This document shows positions 1 to 12,509 of a stretch of 64,000 nt of DNA, piece by piece. The stretch comes from Prorocentrum cordatum (Eukaryota). The stretch is from positions 1,612,001 to 1,676,000 of the forward strand of contig CAUYUJ010000002.1 of assembly GCA_963575745.1 (NCBI GenBank), given 5' to 3'. The notes under the pieces are model-generated. The model was not told where the DNA came from. It was given only the letters and a program-made list of their open reading frames with translations, and ran no database searches. The position numbers and the translations under genes were made by a program. The stretch's first letter is position 1, and each line of letters opens with the position of its first letter.

Positions 1-28
1 CGCTGGGGGCGGGGGCCCTCGCTGTAGG

Positions 29-210
29 CTCCCAGGGCGTGGCAGGCGTGGCGTCTTCTTGACGCCATAGGGGGTGCGCACGGGGTGGTCCCTGAGCGCG
101 GCCGCTATCCGTGACGGTCGCCCAGGGCGCAGCAGGCGCGGCGTCTTCTCGACACCGCAGGGGGTGCGCACGGGGTGGTCCTTGAGCGCGGCCGCTATCC
201 GCGACGGTCG
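29..210. repeat. Two-copy tandem repeat, about 90-bp period
   Basis: 29-118 and about 120-210 are near-identical (...ggggtgcgcacggggtggtcc...gagcgcggccgctatccg); the ORF track shows a 30-aa repeat. Confidence 0.8.
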
Positions 211-589
211 TCCTTGCGGTATCGGCGGGGCAACGGCCACCAACATCTTTCTCCCATGCTTCACTTCAGCTATCTTTACCCCAGCCATGCTATAAGTATG
301 TGGGGCTCCTCGGTAGCGTAATTCGATGCCGACCGTGTTGCCGCCACGCGAGTATATATTGCCGTTGCTGTAAAGCGAGCTGCGGTCGTCAAGGAAGACG
401 ACCTCTTCGCCGAGGCTGGGATCCAAGCGAGCCCCGAAAGGGCATCGAACACCCCATACACTGAAATGCTTTACGCTTCGCGTATCCCCGCCAGCCCATC
501 TTAAAAAGAGCAACTCTTGCGAAGCATGCCGACAGTCGTGTTTTTCAGGCGTGTTTCCGCCTGCCCCCGCATATCTCCCCTGTTCCTCC

Positions 590-3500
590 TTCCTCCCGCC
601 TCCTTGTACATCCTCTTTGTGGTGGGAGCTTCCCGCGAGCACAGCGTGGGCGAGCACCTCGCGTCCACCTGCGACAGTCCTGGCTAGACCTCCGCGCTGC
701 CTGAGGCGGCGGAGGAAAACTGGGCCTCGACGCCGCTTCCAGCGGCGGAGGAAGAAGCTCTGGCAGCAATCCCCATCGACTCAAGGAACTCCAATTCCTC
801 GGTCCTCGACAGCGCGACCACCTCTCCAGGCAGTCTTTCATTCTTATAAGGATGCTTACCTGCCAGCAATCGATTTCGCCGAGTTTTGGCGTTGTGATCC
901 CTCGGGTCCTTCGGACATCCTGTGAGCAGGCCACGAGCCCTGGCGCTCAAAAAGGCGCCGCACTCACGACAGAAAGTGTAGTGGCCTATTCGAGACAGCT
1001 TATGTCGCCTTGGCCCCTGCAAAGGAGCCCCGTCGACACGAGCTTTTTCCTTCCGCTTTCCGTGGGAGGAGAAACCCTTCCTACAGAACTTACGAGACAA
1101 CACCAGCTTGGCCTTATCGCTGTGGGCCCGTCTGGCGCAATTCACACACCTCCAAGACCCTCGATCCCACTCCAGGACGTGACGAGACTCCGGAGGAGGC
1201 AGCACCGCACGGCACGGCCGAGGGCCAGGGGCCTGGGAGGCATTCTGCAGACGGCCAGTGGTGTCATCAAACGTGCCTATCTTACAAGTCATGTCTCCGA
1301 CAAGCCCGAGAACAGCACTTACTTCTTTAGACCTAGACACCCACGTGTCACGGACATGTGGCGGGATGGCGTCTAGCTTGGCGCCCTCCTTCGCCTGAAG
1401 GTCGGCGCATTGATAACCGAGGTAGTGACAGAGCTCGAGTCCCTCGAGCTGCTGGGCGTGAGCCCTTTTGGAATGCGCTTTGACCTTGACGACGACGAGG
1501 TCCCCCTCCCCCGAGTACGAGTCTTCAATCGCATTCCAAATCATGTGCCATAAATCGGCATGCGGTCGCCTGGCTTGGCGGCACCAGACTGGGCCTCGCC
1601 TGAAGCCCCGAACGACGGTAGAATTATCGATCCTTACCTGAAGAGGGGCCGTGCCGTGCCGAAGAACATTCAGGAAGCCATACAATTTTGCCCTAAGCAC
1701 ACTCTGTGCCTGCCTAACACCTGGAACCGTGCCGTGCATTGCTTTGCGTACGTTACCATGCTGATCTACAAAGCAGAAGCCCCAACCGAACGCTTTCAGC
1801 CCAGGGACCCCGACCCCCGACCCATCCGAGTAGGCCAGGCCCGAGAGAAGGGGATCGTCCCCGTACTCGGGGTCCAGCGTCTCAATGCTGGGCGTGACGT
1901 CCTGGAAGGGGTCCCCCAGTGGGTGAGGCGTGAGAGCCCTGGAGAAGAGGTGCGAGGAGGAGCTCGAGGAGGAGGCACGGTGGATTATATCTGGATAAGA
2001 TTCACCTGCAGCCTGGCGCTGCTCCTGAAATGCTGGACATTTACAGAATCTATGGTGCTGGTTACCGATGGCGTGTCCGCATTTTTGGCAACTTCGATCT
2101 TCCGAGTGGCCGGCTCTCCACACCTTAGCTTGCGTCCAAAAATCGCCACCCAGGAAAGCTAGCATTGCCGACTGCTTCTGGCCCTTCTTCTTTTTTGACC
2201 TGACGGCCACACGACAAGGCTCAAGGAAGGGCTTTCGAAACGGCATGCCTCGCTGCGTGGCCCAGTCGGTGAGCTCTTGATCCTCCAAACGAAGATAGAT
2301 ATACTTGCGCAACGTGCTGGGCGCCGATCGGCGCATATCAAAAAAGTTCACCAGTGTGAAGGCGAATGGTGTGCCAGCTAGGCCAGGACCAGCCCAGCCG
2401 CTGCAGCGTACGATTACAGGCAGACGCAGGCCCACGAACTTGGCTCCAGGGGCGATCTAGCGGCTGACTCCGTCTAGTCGCTTCACGAGACATTTCCCTG
2501 CGCTAGGCCCTGGCCATATCTACCTCATGCACACCTTTCCAGGCCTGCGAGGCCCACATGCAAAGCGGCTTCTGCGAGCCCTCGACCACAGGATCAACTT
2601 GATGCGTCCAGAGTCGGAGGACTCTGTCTCGACCAACCGCACTACCGCCGAGGCTGCCCGAGACCATGACCCGCATTCTGTTCAGGGAGACAGGCGAGAC
2701 GCCTAAACAGCTGGACCCGCAGGTCACGGACGGGATCACACCTTGGCGGACAACCCTGGCGAGGCGGGCCCCTTGCTTCGAGAGGGCTTTTAATTTAGAC
2801 TTGCGCTGGCATGCATATTTAAATCGCTTCTGCATTTTCTTTCTTTTGCGAACCACGGCGCCTCCAGCGCTATCCACTCCCAGCTGGGAGCTGGCATTGG
2901 TGATGGCAAGACCCAAGTCCTTGGCCCAGGCAGCGCAGCGTTTTCGAGCCGAGGCCGCGGCGACGAGGATGTACCCTTTGCCGCGGGCACCACGGGAGAC
3001 AGGGATGCGCCAGGTGCCTTCAATCTCACGAATATAGAAGGTGACAGCAGCCTGCAGAACAGTGAGACATTGCAAGGCTCCTCGGACCTGGATACTAAGA
3101 TCATCGACAAACAGTTTCATCTGGAGGCGAGCCCCCCAGGCTTGATGTATAGCATCGGTGACCTGCAGCACAGCCATCTTGAGCGCCCTGGTGCCACCGA
3201 TCGACCCAGCCACGACGGCCGAGAAAGTTTGAAGCGACTTCTTAGCTAGGACCCCTCGAAAGGCAACCAGCCTAGTGGATGTGTAGATACTGATGAGAAG
3301 CTTGGCTAGCTGCTGAGGGAAACCGCAAAGAGGGGCAACCACCCAGAGAACATTCATGGTTACATGCTCAAACGCACGTGACAGATCAAGCACTCCCGTC
3401 GCCGACACCTCCCCCTCACGCGTCCCCTCGTCGTGCACCATCTGGTGCCACGCGGCCTCTTCGGAGCCCCCTCCAGGGCCCCCGAAGTCATAGTCGCGCT

Positions 3501-4870
3501 TGGCAGAGCGCTCCCAGTCGTGAAAGAGGCCAGAGTGCGCTCGTTCTACTACACGCATGAGAGAGGGGAGGAGCCCAATCGGCCGAGTGCCTCCCGACTC
3601 CTTGGAAAGTAGGAAGTATATAATGTACCTTACCTGCGATGGGAACTGTGCCGTGCGAGAGATAAACATCACGAGCTGAATGAGGCAATCTTTGCCTTCG
3701 TCCGAGAGCCAGGCCCACCAGCGTGGGTGCCAGTGGTCGGAACCTATTCCCGTCCTGGCAGGAAAACTCAAACAGATTTTGGTGAACAGCTGGCGGTCCA
3801 GGTGGACCAACGGATGGGCGAAAAAGGCGGCCTCCCAGGGTCGGTCCGAGGGACCCGTGCTTTCCTGTCCATGGGAGCCCCAAACATCGAACCATTCTTG
3901 CGCAGCCCTGTCGGCCGCTTCCTGAGGATCAGCAAGCTCGAGGTTGGAGACGGAGTAACCCGCGACAGGAGGAGGAGGGGCACGCCACTTGCTGATCCTG
4001 TGGATGAAAGAAGAGCCTGCTACCGACTCTTTCTTCAAACGTTCACGCCATTCTTTCGATCGTGCGGCTGCCTGCTGCCGTTCGATGGTCTGAGCATTGC
4101 CAACTGCACGACGCTGGAGGCCCATGATCTCAGGGGCCTGCTCCATGAGCGCTGGGCCCTCGAGACAAAAGGCGCGATATCGTTCAAACTGGACGATTAC
4201 GTGCTCAGCCTCCTCCCCCAAGCCGTGAGCCAGCCGAACCTTTCCCCCTTCGATGCGACGCTCGAGCTTCGCGCGTCGCGCGCGAGCATGCAGCCAGGTG
4301 CCCTACTGCTGGGCAGCCTGTGCGAGAAAAATAGAATCACTGGCGCGAGCGGCGACCCGCCGCCAAGCTCGGGAGCTAGGTGTTCCCCTGGGGCGTGCGT
4401 GCGATTGAGGACCAGCGAGGGGGGCCCAAGTCCGCCGAGGAGGATCCCCCCGACCGAGGTAGGATTGAGGTTCTTCCACGCCCGGGAGATTCACCAGCTC
4501 TGTTTCAGCACTGTGTGAAATCTGCTTCCAAAGCTGATCGAGTTGGGTGCAATTTAAATCGCCCTGATGATCGAAAGCTGGCCACTGTGCCGGTTGCGGA
4601 ACTGGTCCGAACGGCCTCTCCATTGGGAAAGGTCTGGGCTTGGCAAGCCTCCAGCCGCCTTTTGCTCGCATCCTGGACTGCATGACTAGGCGAACAGGCG
4701 AGTGCGGTGAAGCGGCGGTATCTAGCACTTCTACCGCGTCTCCGAAGGCATGCTGGATGCGGGCGTCGACCACAAAGAAATCGATGATGCTGCCACCGCC
4801 GACTCCTGAGCATGTGGTAGTAGAAGGGAGACGTACAACTCCACCCACTTGTGGTGGGAGCGGGAGAAGG
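590..4870 (-). mobile_element. 5'-truncated, degenerate non-LTR retrotransposon (LINE): APE C-terminus, RT, RNase H-like domain, Cys-rich C-terminus
   Basis: APE tail (TCSGVGGGSIIDFFVV...SPHSPVRL) in the 4303-5940 frame. RT in 2503-4221 (GGTRPIGLLP, LDLSRAFE, FVDD). RNase H-like and zinc motifs in 684-2435 (YSDGS, DNSTVV, KVKAH, CVNC, CRECG). Premature stops at 4303 and 2503 and a frameshift near 2340. End coordinates are approximate. Confidence 0.9.
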
Positions 4871-4904
4871 ACGCGGCGGAGGAGGAGGGAGAGAAATCGG
4901 TCCT

Positions 4905-5330
4905 CGTGGTTTGAGTCGTTTGGGGTTTGTCGTCCTGGTGTGAGTCGTTCGGGCCCTTCTTCCTGGTGTGAGTCGTTCGGGCTCTTCGTGGTGTGAGTCG
5001 TTGGGGCTCTTCGTCCTGGTGTGAGTCGTTCGGGCTTTTCGTGGTGTGAGTTGTTCGGGCCCCTCGTCCTGGTGTGAGTCGTTCGGGCCCCTCCTCCTGG
5101 TGTGACTCGTTCGGGCTCCTCGTGGTGTGAGTCGTTCGGGGCCCTCGTCGTGGTGTGAGTCGTTCGGGCTCCTCGTGGTGTGAGTCGTTCGGGCGCCTCG
5201 TCCTGGTGTGAGTCGTTCGGGCCCCTCCTTCTGGTGTGAGTCGTTCGGGCTCTTCGTGGTGTGAGTCGTTCGGGCCCCTCGTCCTGGTGTGATTCGTTCG
5301 GGCTCCTCGTGGCGTGAGGCGTTCGGGCAC
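4905..5330. repeat. Minisatellite, about 24-28-bp unit (GTGGTGTGAGTCGTTCGGGCYCYTC)
   Basis: About 16 tandem copies of gtgtgagtcgttcggg are directly visible. Confidence 0.9.
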
Positions 5331-5339
5331 CTCGTCCCC

Positions 5340-5640
5340 TTTTGGGGCGTCTTGGGGGCTTCTTGGCGGCCCCAGGGGCTTCTAGGAGCGTTTTGGGTGC
5401 CTTGGGGGGGCCTCTTCGGGCCTCTCGGGAGCCTCTTGGAGGCCGTTTGGAGCGTCTTGGGGGCCTCTTGGCGGCCCCAGGGGTTTCCAGGGGCGTCTTG
5501 GGTGCCTCGGGGGAGCCTCTTCCTCTTGGGGGCCTCTTGGGGGCATCTTGGGGGCTCTTGGAGGCTTCTTGGGGGCCTCCCGGGGGCCTCTTGGGGCCAT
5601 TTTGGGGCCTCTTGGTGCCTCCTGGGCGCTTCCTAGGGCC
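5340..5640. repeat. Low-complexity GGGGCCTCTT(GG) repeat
   Basis: Recurring ggggcctcttgg units. Similar degenerate tracts lie near 8900-9210, 53150-53400 and 62960-63030. Confidence 0.7.
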
Positions 5641-6062
5641 ATCGTGGAGGGGATGGATCAAAGAAGAGGGGAGCTTCAATGGGCGCTGCCCCCTCAGAAG
5701 GGCAAAATGAGCCCAAACCCTTCGTAAAATCAATGATTTTGCCTTGAAGGACGAGGGGGGCTGTAATGAGCGCTGCCCCCTCAGAAGGCCAAAATGGGGC
5801 CAAAACCGTAGTAAAATCAATGATTTTGGGTTCAAAGAAGAGAGCATGTTTTCTGGCCCCCCCCGTCGGGGCCAGAATCCGTGTGAGGGGTGTCGTTTTT
5901 TTAGCCCTCCCAGGAGTCGAAAAGGACCCCCTCTGACCACCCGCGAAAGGACCTCTCCAGGCCCAGGGGGAGGGGGTAGGGGGAGGGGTAAACCCCTCCC
6001 CGAAGGGGAAGGAGGGTTGAGAACAGAGCGGGCTCTCTAAACCACTCACGCTCAAAGGGCTG

Positions 6063-7659
6063 GTGGGACTCAAGACACGGTGTGACAACAAGTGCTTCAA
6101 CCTGCAAGAAATTCCTAAAGCGTCAAACATCACGACTTCGAGGTACGCGCACACATTGAAGTTCGTGAATACAGGGAAGGGCGAAATGGAACGCGCCATC
6201 AGGTTAAGCCTAGCGCCCCGAGGCTTCATGGACCTTGAAGCCTTCGGCGTGGGAACCTTCTCAGGAACAGCACGGGGGTCAAGCCAGAGACTATTCGCGA
6301 GCGCGGCAGCGTGCAAGAAGCAATGGGTCATTGTTTCCCTCGACATCAGCATGGCCTTCCTGAAAGGGTTGACCCGCCAGGAACTTGCTGAGGCAACTGG
6401 TGAGAAAGAACGTGTGGCGCGCTTTACTCTGCCGCCTGGATCGGCTACGGTGCTTCGAACTCCCCCAGATTTCGAGCACTACGACGAGTCGAAGCACTGC
6501 ATGCAGTTCCTCATGCCAGGTACTGGCACCAAGGATGCACCTCAAGCTTTCTCAACAAAGCTCAGAAGGACCACATGAGGCTTCGGTCTCATACCCACGT
6601 CCCACGACGAGGCGTTCGAGACAAGCAGCAACCTGCCCACGGCCACACATGCCGATGGCAGCAACATGGCCGGCACAGAGGACACCATTGACAAGTGCGT
6701 CAAGTGTGCGTGGATGGCACCTTTTGGCAAGTGTAAACTCAACAAACACATGCGCCAACTGTGCTGTGAGATATGGGAAGGATGAGGACGGCAGCGTTAC
6801 GCTGGGCCAAGACGAATACATCAAACAGCTCCGTCTCTTTCAGCGTCTGGAACTTACAGGCGCCGACGCTGACGCCCAAGCACCCAAGATGGTTGCAGAC
6901 ATGTTCGTCAGCCCCAAAGGTGCATTGGCGTATTTATTAATCACCCAGGTGATGTTGATGGTATATGTTGCCTCTCTACAGCGTGTCCAAATACCGACCA
7001 ACATACAAGTGCGACGGCTGACCGCGATTGCCAGGCAACTGCAGGCCTGCCCCAAGAAGATCGCCTACCAAGCGACGACTCCCACGGGCGAAGTTGCTCT
7101 GCACAACGACTCAGGCTATCGACGCCTGAGTGGAGATGCCGATGGCGAAGTCGAAGGCTATGGCACTCGCGGGGCACACCTGCTACGGCGTGGAAGCACG
7201 CCATCTGGCAAGCTTGCCGTTCACTTGATCGACGCGTACTGCAAGTCTCACCGCGCGCAGGTCCGCTCGAGCTATTCAGCAGAGACACTTGCAGCAGCCC
7301 AAAACTTGGAGGACTGCTATCCCACGATCGTGATTCTGCACGAGCTCCACGCAGGGCCGGTAATTCCCATTCAGTTGAAATGCGTATTTGAGTTGGGTGG
7401 CCTGAGCATCAAGGTCACTTTGACCATCGATGCTGAGTCTGTCGTTAAGTCCGTGTCAAGCAAAGACTTGAAGAAGCCGGTTGGATGCACCGTTTTAGGA
7501 CACATCAGCTGGATACGACAGATGATGGAGCGAGGAATCGCGCACAGTAGTCAATGGTGTGACACCCGCGATATGACCGCGGGCGGTCGCACCAAAGGGA
7601 GCATCGACAGAGAAATGCTCCTCCTGGTCATGGGAGGTACGCAATCCTTTAAAATCTGA
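6063..7659 (+). pseudogene. Ty1/copia LTR-retrotransposon pol relic (RT plus RNase H)
   Basis: RLSLAPRGF.D, SLDISMAFLKG, GTKDAP.AF, QDEYIKQL, SSYSAETLA, TIDAESV, WCDTRDMTAGGRTKG are copia RT/RNase H motifs. In-frame stop at 6576 and a later frameshift. Confidence 0.85.
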
Positions 7660-7922
7660 CTTAAAGCGTCATGCTCCTTATCGGGCTGGCCAGACATCTC
7701 GGTCCGCAGCCGCCTGAGGAGCACTCGTATGCACAGTGAGGCAGGCAAGGCAACTTGCGCGCGGGTCCACCTTCCTTATGGCCCCGCCCTTTTGCTGCCC
7801 TCATGTACATAGTAGCTGCTGTACCTGCTGTATAGAAGCGGCGGGGTCACGCTTCGTCTCCCTCCCCCCCGAGTGTAAAGTGAGCTGGGGTACAGGCGAG
7901 ATGCAACGAACGTGTGTCCGCG

Positions 7923-7938
7923 GCCGTTTGGGCTCAAG
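7923..7938 (+). other. Relict dinoflagellate spliced-leader-like sequence
   Basis: gccgtttgggctcaag matches the DinoSL 3' part GCCATTTTGGCTCAAG at 14 of 16 positions. An ATG follows about 80 bp downstream. Confidence 0.55.
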
Positions 7939-9430
7939 CGGCCGGCCGCGCAATTGTCACTACATTTCAGTGCGAGGTGTACCATTCGCCATCGGGACCG
8001 AACACATCCGTCGCTTGAGATGGCCCGTCGCTCCCGCGACGACCTCCTACTACTGGGACTATCGTTACTACGGTACGACGGTACAACAGAGCTGGAGCTG
8101 GGCTTTGCCTGGGGCGAAGCTGCTGGTTGGGCCTCCCAATCCTTTTCAAACTCTTTGGCCGCTCGGAGGCCACACTGGGCAGCGTTGGGTCATCTTTGGC
8201 CGTCATGGTGTCCATAGGGCGTCCTTGAAGTTCGGGACTCGGATCCATCGTTTTAGACCAGGGATCTTGTCCTCGGGAGCGCGGACCCATTGTTTTGCGC
8301 GAGGGATCGTGGCCTCCGAAGGGGGGGCGGCGCTTCCAGATAACGTTGGTCTGGGTGGAGCTTCGTCGTTAGAAACCGAGACCCTACCAGGCCATCCTTG
8401 GCATTATTCCACGCCTCAACGTGCGCAAGGCACGGTGGCAAATTAACAATTCCTCCTCACGCCGCTCCGTTCGAATGCCACCAGGGATGGAGGGCGGATG
8501 AATTTCAAGATGTGGCTCTCGCCTTACCAGCATGTTCATTCGTCGTATAAGTTCTCAAACTGCCACAAAAGCACATCGAGAAACAATGGACCGACTTCAA
8601 TGTGTAGTTTTCGTTCCAGCGCCGCGCGCATTCGTCGTTCAAAAAATCACAGCCGTCACAAGGATGGAGGGCGGCGCCTTTTCTAATTGGAGTTCTCGCT
8701 TGAGACAGATGGAAATGGTTGACCCGAAGTTCAAGAACGCAGAGCTACACGGATGGAGGGCGGCTCCTCTTCTCGACGATTCGCGTATCCCACTGGCCCA
8801 TCCAGAAACGATGCGCTAGCGACCTGTAAGGAGAAGGGAAGAGAATTAGCACATGGTGAAATAATGATGCCGACAGTAGTACCATTAGACCATTCGGAAC
8901 CTCTTGGAGGGATTTTGGAACCATCCCATGGCTCTCTTGAGGTTCTCTTGGGTGCCGTCTAAGACCACCCTGGCGGCCGTCGACCTTAATTAGGACTGCT
9001 GCTCTTGAGCCCGAAAAAGCTGCTCTTGGGGCCGACTCGGAGCCATTACGGGCCCCACTCGAGGCTCTCTTGGGCGACTTTGGGGCCATTTTGAGGGCAC
9101 GATGGCGGATTTGGCGAACATGTGTCTGAATGGTTTGGGCGTCGGAAGGGCTTCTTGGAGGCCTTCTGGAAGCTGCACGGGAGCAGTCTTGAGCAGTCCT
9201 GGGGCCGTTTTGGAGGATGTGTTTTTGGTGCCAGCGTCGGATGGTTTGGGCGGGTCCTGCCTTCCCCTGTTGTGTTGCATCTTTGGGGGACCTCGTCAAT
9301 CCCATCGCGCCAGTCATCCGTGTCGCATCCGTGTCGGATCGATGCCGAAAGCGTTGAATCCGTGCTGAGTCGACGTCGAGTCCGCGTCGAACCCACGTCG
9401 GAATACCAGAAAAGATTGTCATGTACAGGA

Positions 9431-9633
9431 CTCGATGGAGAAACATCGCCATAAACATAAACTTTAGGCGCTTCGCGCGGATTTCTTGGATCCGCGCTGG
9501 GCCCCCTCGGCGGCGCCTCCGGCGCCGCCCCTGACGCGCTCCGCGCGCCAGGGAGGGGGGTCCAGGCCAGATCCAAGAAATCCGCCCGGAGCGCCAAAAG
9601 TTTATGTTTATTGCGTTTTTTCTTCTTGAAAAG
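9431..9633. mobile_element. MITE family M (long TIR AAACATAAACTTGTGGCGCTCCGCGCGGATTTCTTGGATC)
   Basis: About 45-bp imperfect inverted repeats around a GC-rich core. Homologous copies at 11.6, 18.05, 39.0, 41.6 and 54.0 kb. Confidence 0.8.
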
Positions 9634-9660
9634 ACAGGGGACGTCCCGGGAAGATGCCAG

Positions 9661-9792
9661 GGAAGCCTCGCGGTCTTCCATCGTGCGCTCTGGGCGTTGC
9701 CTGTGCCACGACTGCTGAGGACTGGCCGCCGGCCTCGCTGCACTCCTCCTGCCAGTGCGGCTTGCGGCCCGTGCCAGCGCTGTGCCGCAGGG
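9661..9792 (+). CDS. Possible exon of host gene (start and frame uncertain)
   Basis: AG at 9659-60 (or 9718-19) and GT at 9793. Open frames continue into the 11542 segment across the MITE. Confidence 0.3.
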
Positions 9793-9811
9793 GTGCTTTC
9801 CGAGAGCTGTT

Positions 9812-11540
9812 TGAAGTCGGGCATGTCATTCGACAGCAGAAATACTCGAGAAAAGTCAGAAAAATCGTATGGGGACGATTGTTCGATTATGTCTCACTGT
9901 TGTTGAGCACTTTTTGATTATTTGCTATTTTCCCGGAAAGGGCATGAGCCCAGGGTTCTCTTTTAGTTGGTAAACCTAATCCCCCGGTGCCAACTTGAGG
10001 GAGGCCGGCGAATTTTTTCCCTGATAAATAACGAGGTCGAAGGAGGCCGGCGAATTAAAATTTGAGGATGTCTCGAGCGAAACGCTTGTTTTTGAAATCC
10101 CGATCGATAAATCACAGGGTGCGGGCCACTTTTTCGTGTGTTGAGGATGTCTCGAGCGAAACGCTTGCTCCGCAGAGTTTGCCGAGGATGTCTCGAGCGA
10201 AACGCTTGTTTTGCAGAGCCGACCGCGACGCGGAAAAGCGCCCCGCGCGAAGGAATTTCGATGATGTCTCGACTAATTCGTTTGTTTTTGTACGATTTCC
10301 TGGAATTTTGGCAGGATGTCTCGAGCGAAATGCACGACCCCACCCTAGCACGACCATACCCCAGCACGACCACACCCCAGCACGACCAGACCCCAGCACG
10401 ACCCCACCCCAGCACGACCCCACCCCAGCACGACCATACCCAGCACGACCACACCCCAGCACGACCCGACCCCAGCACGACCCTACCCCAGCAAGACCAC
10501 ACCCCAGCACGACCACACCCCAGCACGACCTCACCACAGCACGACCACACCCCAGCACGACCACGCCCCAGCACGACCACGCCCCAGCACGACCACGCCC
10601 CAGCACGACCACCCCCCAGCACGACCACCCCCCCAGCACGACCACCCCCGAGCACGACCACCCCCCAGCACGACCACACCCCAGCACGACCACTCCCCAG
10701 CACGACCACACCCCAGCACGACCACACCCCAGCACGACCACACCCCAGCACGACCACACCCCAGCACGACCACACCCCAGCACGACCCGATCGAAATCAC
10801 AGGGTGCGGACACCCCAGCACGACCCCACCCCAGCACGACCCCACCCCAGCACGACCACGCCCCAGCACCACACCCCAGCACGACCACACCCCAGCACGA
10901 CCACACCCCAGCACGACCCCACCCCAGCACGACCCCACCCTAGCACGACCACACCCCAGCACGACCACACCCCAGCACGACACCCCAGCACGACACCCCA
11001 GCACGACCGCACCACACCCCAGCACGACCACACCCCAGCACGACCTTACCACAGCACGACCACACCCCAGCACGACCACGCCCCAGCACGACCACGCCCC
11101 AGCACGACCACGCCCCAGCACGACACGACCACGCCCCAGCACGACCACGCCCCAGCACGACCACCCCCCAGCACGACCACCCCCCCAGCACGACCACCCC
11201 CCAGCACGACCACCCCCCAGCACGACCACACCCCAGCACGACCACTCCCCAGCACGACCACACCGCCTTGGTTGAGTGGTTGCCTGTCGTCGTGGAATGT
11301 TTCGTGGGGTGTCTCGTGGAATGTTTCGCGGGGTGTCTCGTGAAATGTTTCGTGAGGTGTCTCGTGGAATGTTTCGTGAGGTGTCTCGTGGGCTGTTTCG
11401 TGAGGTGTCTCGTGGGATGTTTCGTGAGGTGTTGCCCAGTTGGGTATCATGAAAACGTGTCCATGCTCCACATGTCTATATCCCTTTCCGGGTTCGTGGG
11501 TCCATCATGTTTCTTCTGTGGGAGGACATGCCCGACCTAA
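9812..11540. mobile_element. hAT-like MITE family H (TIR TTAGGTCGGGCATGTCC..., 8-bp TSD), interrupted by Helentron-like copy E1
   Basis: tgaagtcgggcatgtc ... gacatgcccgacctaa, flanked by gagctgtt and gagctgtc. Confidence 0.8.
9932..11509 (+). mobile_element. Non-autonomous Helitron2/Helentron-like element E1 (16-bp minisatellite type)
   Basis: Starts CCCGGAAAGGG, ends CCCTTTCCGGG-TTCGTGGGTCCATCATG, and sits in a T-run. Internal CCCCAGCACGACCACA array and 12/24-bp CTCGTGGAATGTTTCGTG repeats. Confidence 0.8.
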
Positions 11541-11541
11541 G

Positions 11542-11623
11542 AGCTGTCTGGCGGGCCGCCTCGCGGGCGGGTTGGCGCTGGGCGCCTGGCCCGGCGCACC
11601 CCTTGAGGCTGCAGTGGCAGAAG
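11542..11623 (+). CDS. Possible exon of host gene
   Basis: Acceptor formed by MITE end plus TSD (cctaA-G), GC donor at 11624. Unique GC-rich island between two MITEs. Confidence 0.35.
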
Positions 11624-11628
11624 GCTTT

Positions 11629-11852
11629 GTTTCGAAGGAGAAGACACGCCGCAGACCGAAACTCGTGGCGCTCCGCGCGGATTTCTTGGATCCGCGCTGG
11701 GGCCCCCTCGGCAGCGCCTCGCCTCCGCCGCCGCTCCTGTGGCGCTCCGCGCGCCAGCAAGGGGGGCCCAGTCCAGACCCAAGAAATCCGCACGGAGCGC
11801 CACAAGTTTATGTTTATAGCCTTGTTTCTTGTATTGTTGCGAGTTTGAACAG
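11629..11852. mobile_element. MITE family M copy occupying a putative intron
   Basis: Same TIRs as 9431 and 54031. Ends in AG (ttgaacag) immediately before a 63-nt putative exon. Confidence 0.75.
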
Positions 11853-11915
11853 GTTTGGCCTCCGGGAGGCTCTCGCAGCACCCCCCGAGCGCACGGAAAC
11901 TCCAGCAAAGCGAAG
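11853..11915 (+). CDS. Possible 63-nt exon of host gene
   Basis: cag|...aag|gt boundaries, length divisible by 3, no stops. Confidence 0.3.
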
Positions 11916-12509
11916 GTCCAGGCCTTTCAAGACCCTGCGGTCCTTGCCCAACCCACGACTGTATGAGCCTCGGAGCACTCTCTTACACGCTCAAGGCACC
12001 GTGGAGATCCCCATAGAGAATATTTGAAGTATCGAGATGGGGGTGAAACGCGCAATTAGCTTGTTGAACTGGCACACTTGGAGAATGGGATGTTCTTGAA
12101 AGGTTCTCTTCTGCTCTGTGAACGGATCACGCCTCACCACCAACCGATTGCGTCATTCATGTGTGGTTTGTTGGAAGACCGGAATGGAGAGGAGAAGCGA
12201 GGGACAGCGGATTATCAAGGGTGGACAAGCAGCGTTGGACGGCGTTTTTAGAATGAGCGGCGTTTGAGAAGGGCGTTAGATAGTAGGCGCGAACTTCCGT
12301 TTTTGTTGTCGCCCTCTCTTTAGGTTGCCCACGTTCGTTTGGGGCCATCGGAAAAACGGCTATTGTAAGTTTACCTATGACTGCGTAGAACATGCGGACT
12401 CGTCCGAAGCAATCCTCGGACTTCGTTCTGAACCCATCGACAAGAATGCTTTAACTAATTCCGCCTTGGGGTCACGGAAGACGGCTTGATCGGTTTGGTT
12501 GGCGTTTTT

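Noticed and set aside
1..288. Minus-strand ORF running off the window start (MAGVKIAEVK...)
   Set aside because: It is short, largely made of the 90-bp duplication, and has no recognisable motif.
4303..5940. 545-aa ORF as a single gene
   Set aside because: It is a chimera of low-complexity repeats, a minisatellite and the truncated LINE endonuclease tail.
10333..11265. 16-bp array as a CRISPR array (also in the other E copies)
   Set aside because: The units are contiguous with no unique spacers, there are no cas genes, and the context is eukaryotic. It is a minisatellite.
9963..11471. Long ORFs such as WSCWGVVVLGCGRAG, PSTTTPQHDHTPARP and HETPHETF
   Set aside because: They are stop-free translations of 16-bp and 12-bp repeats, open in several frames at once.
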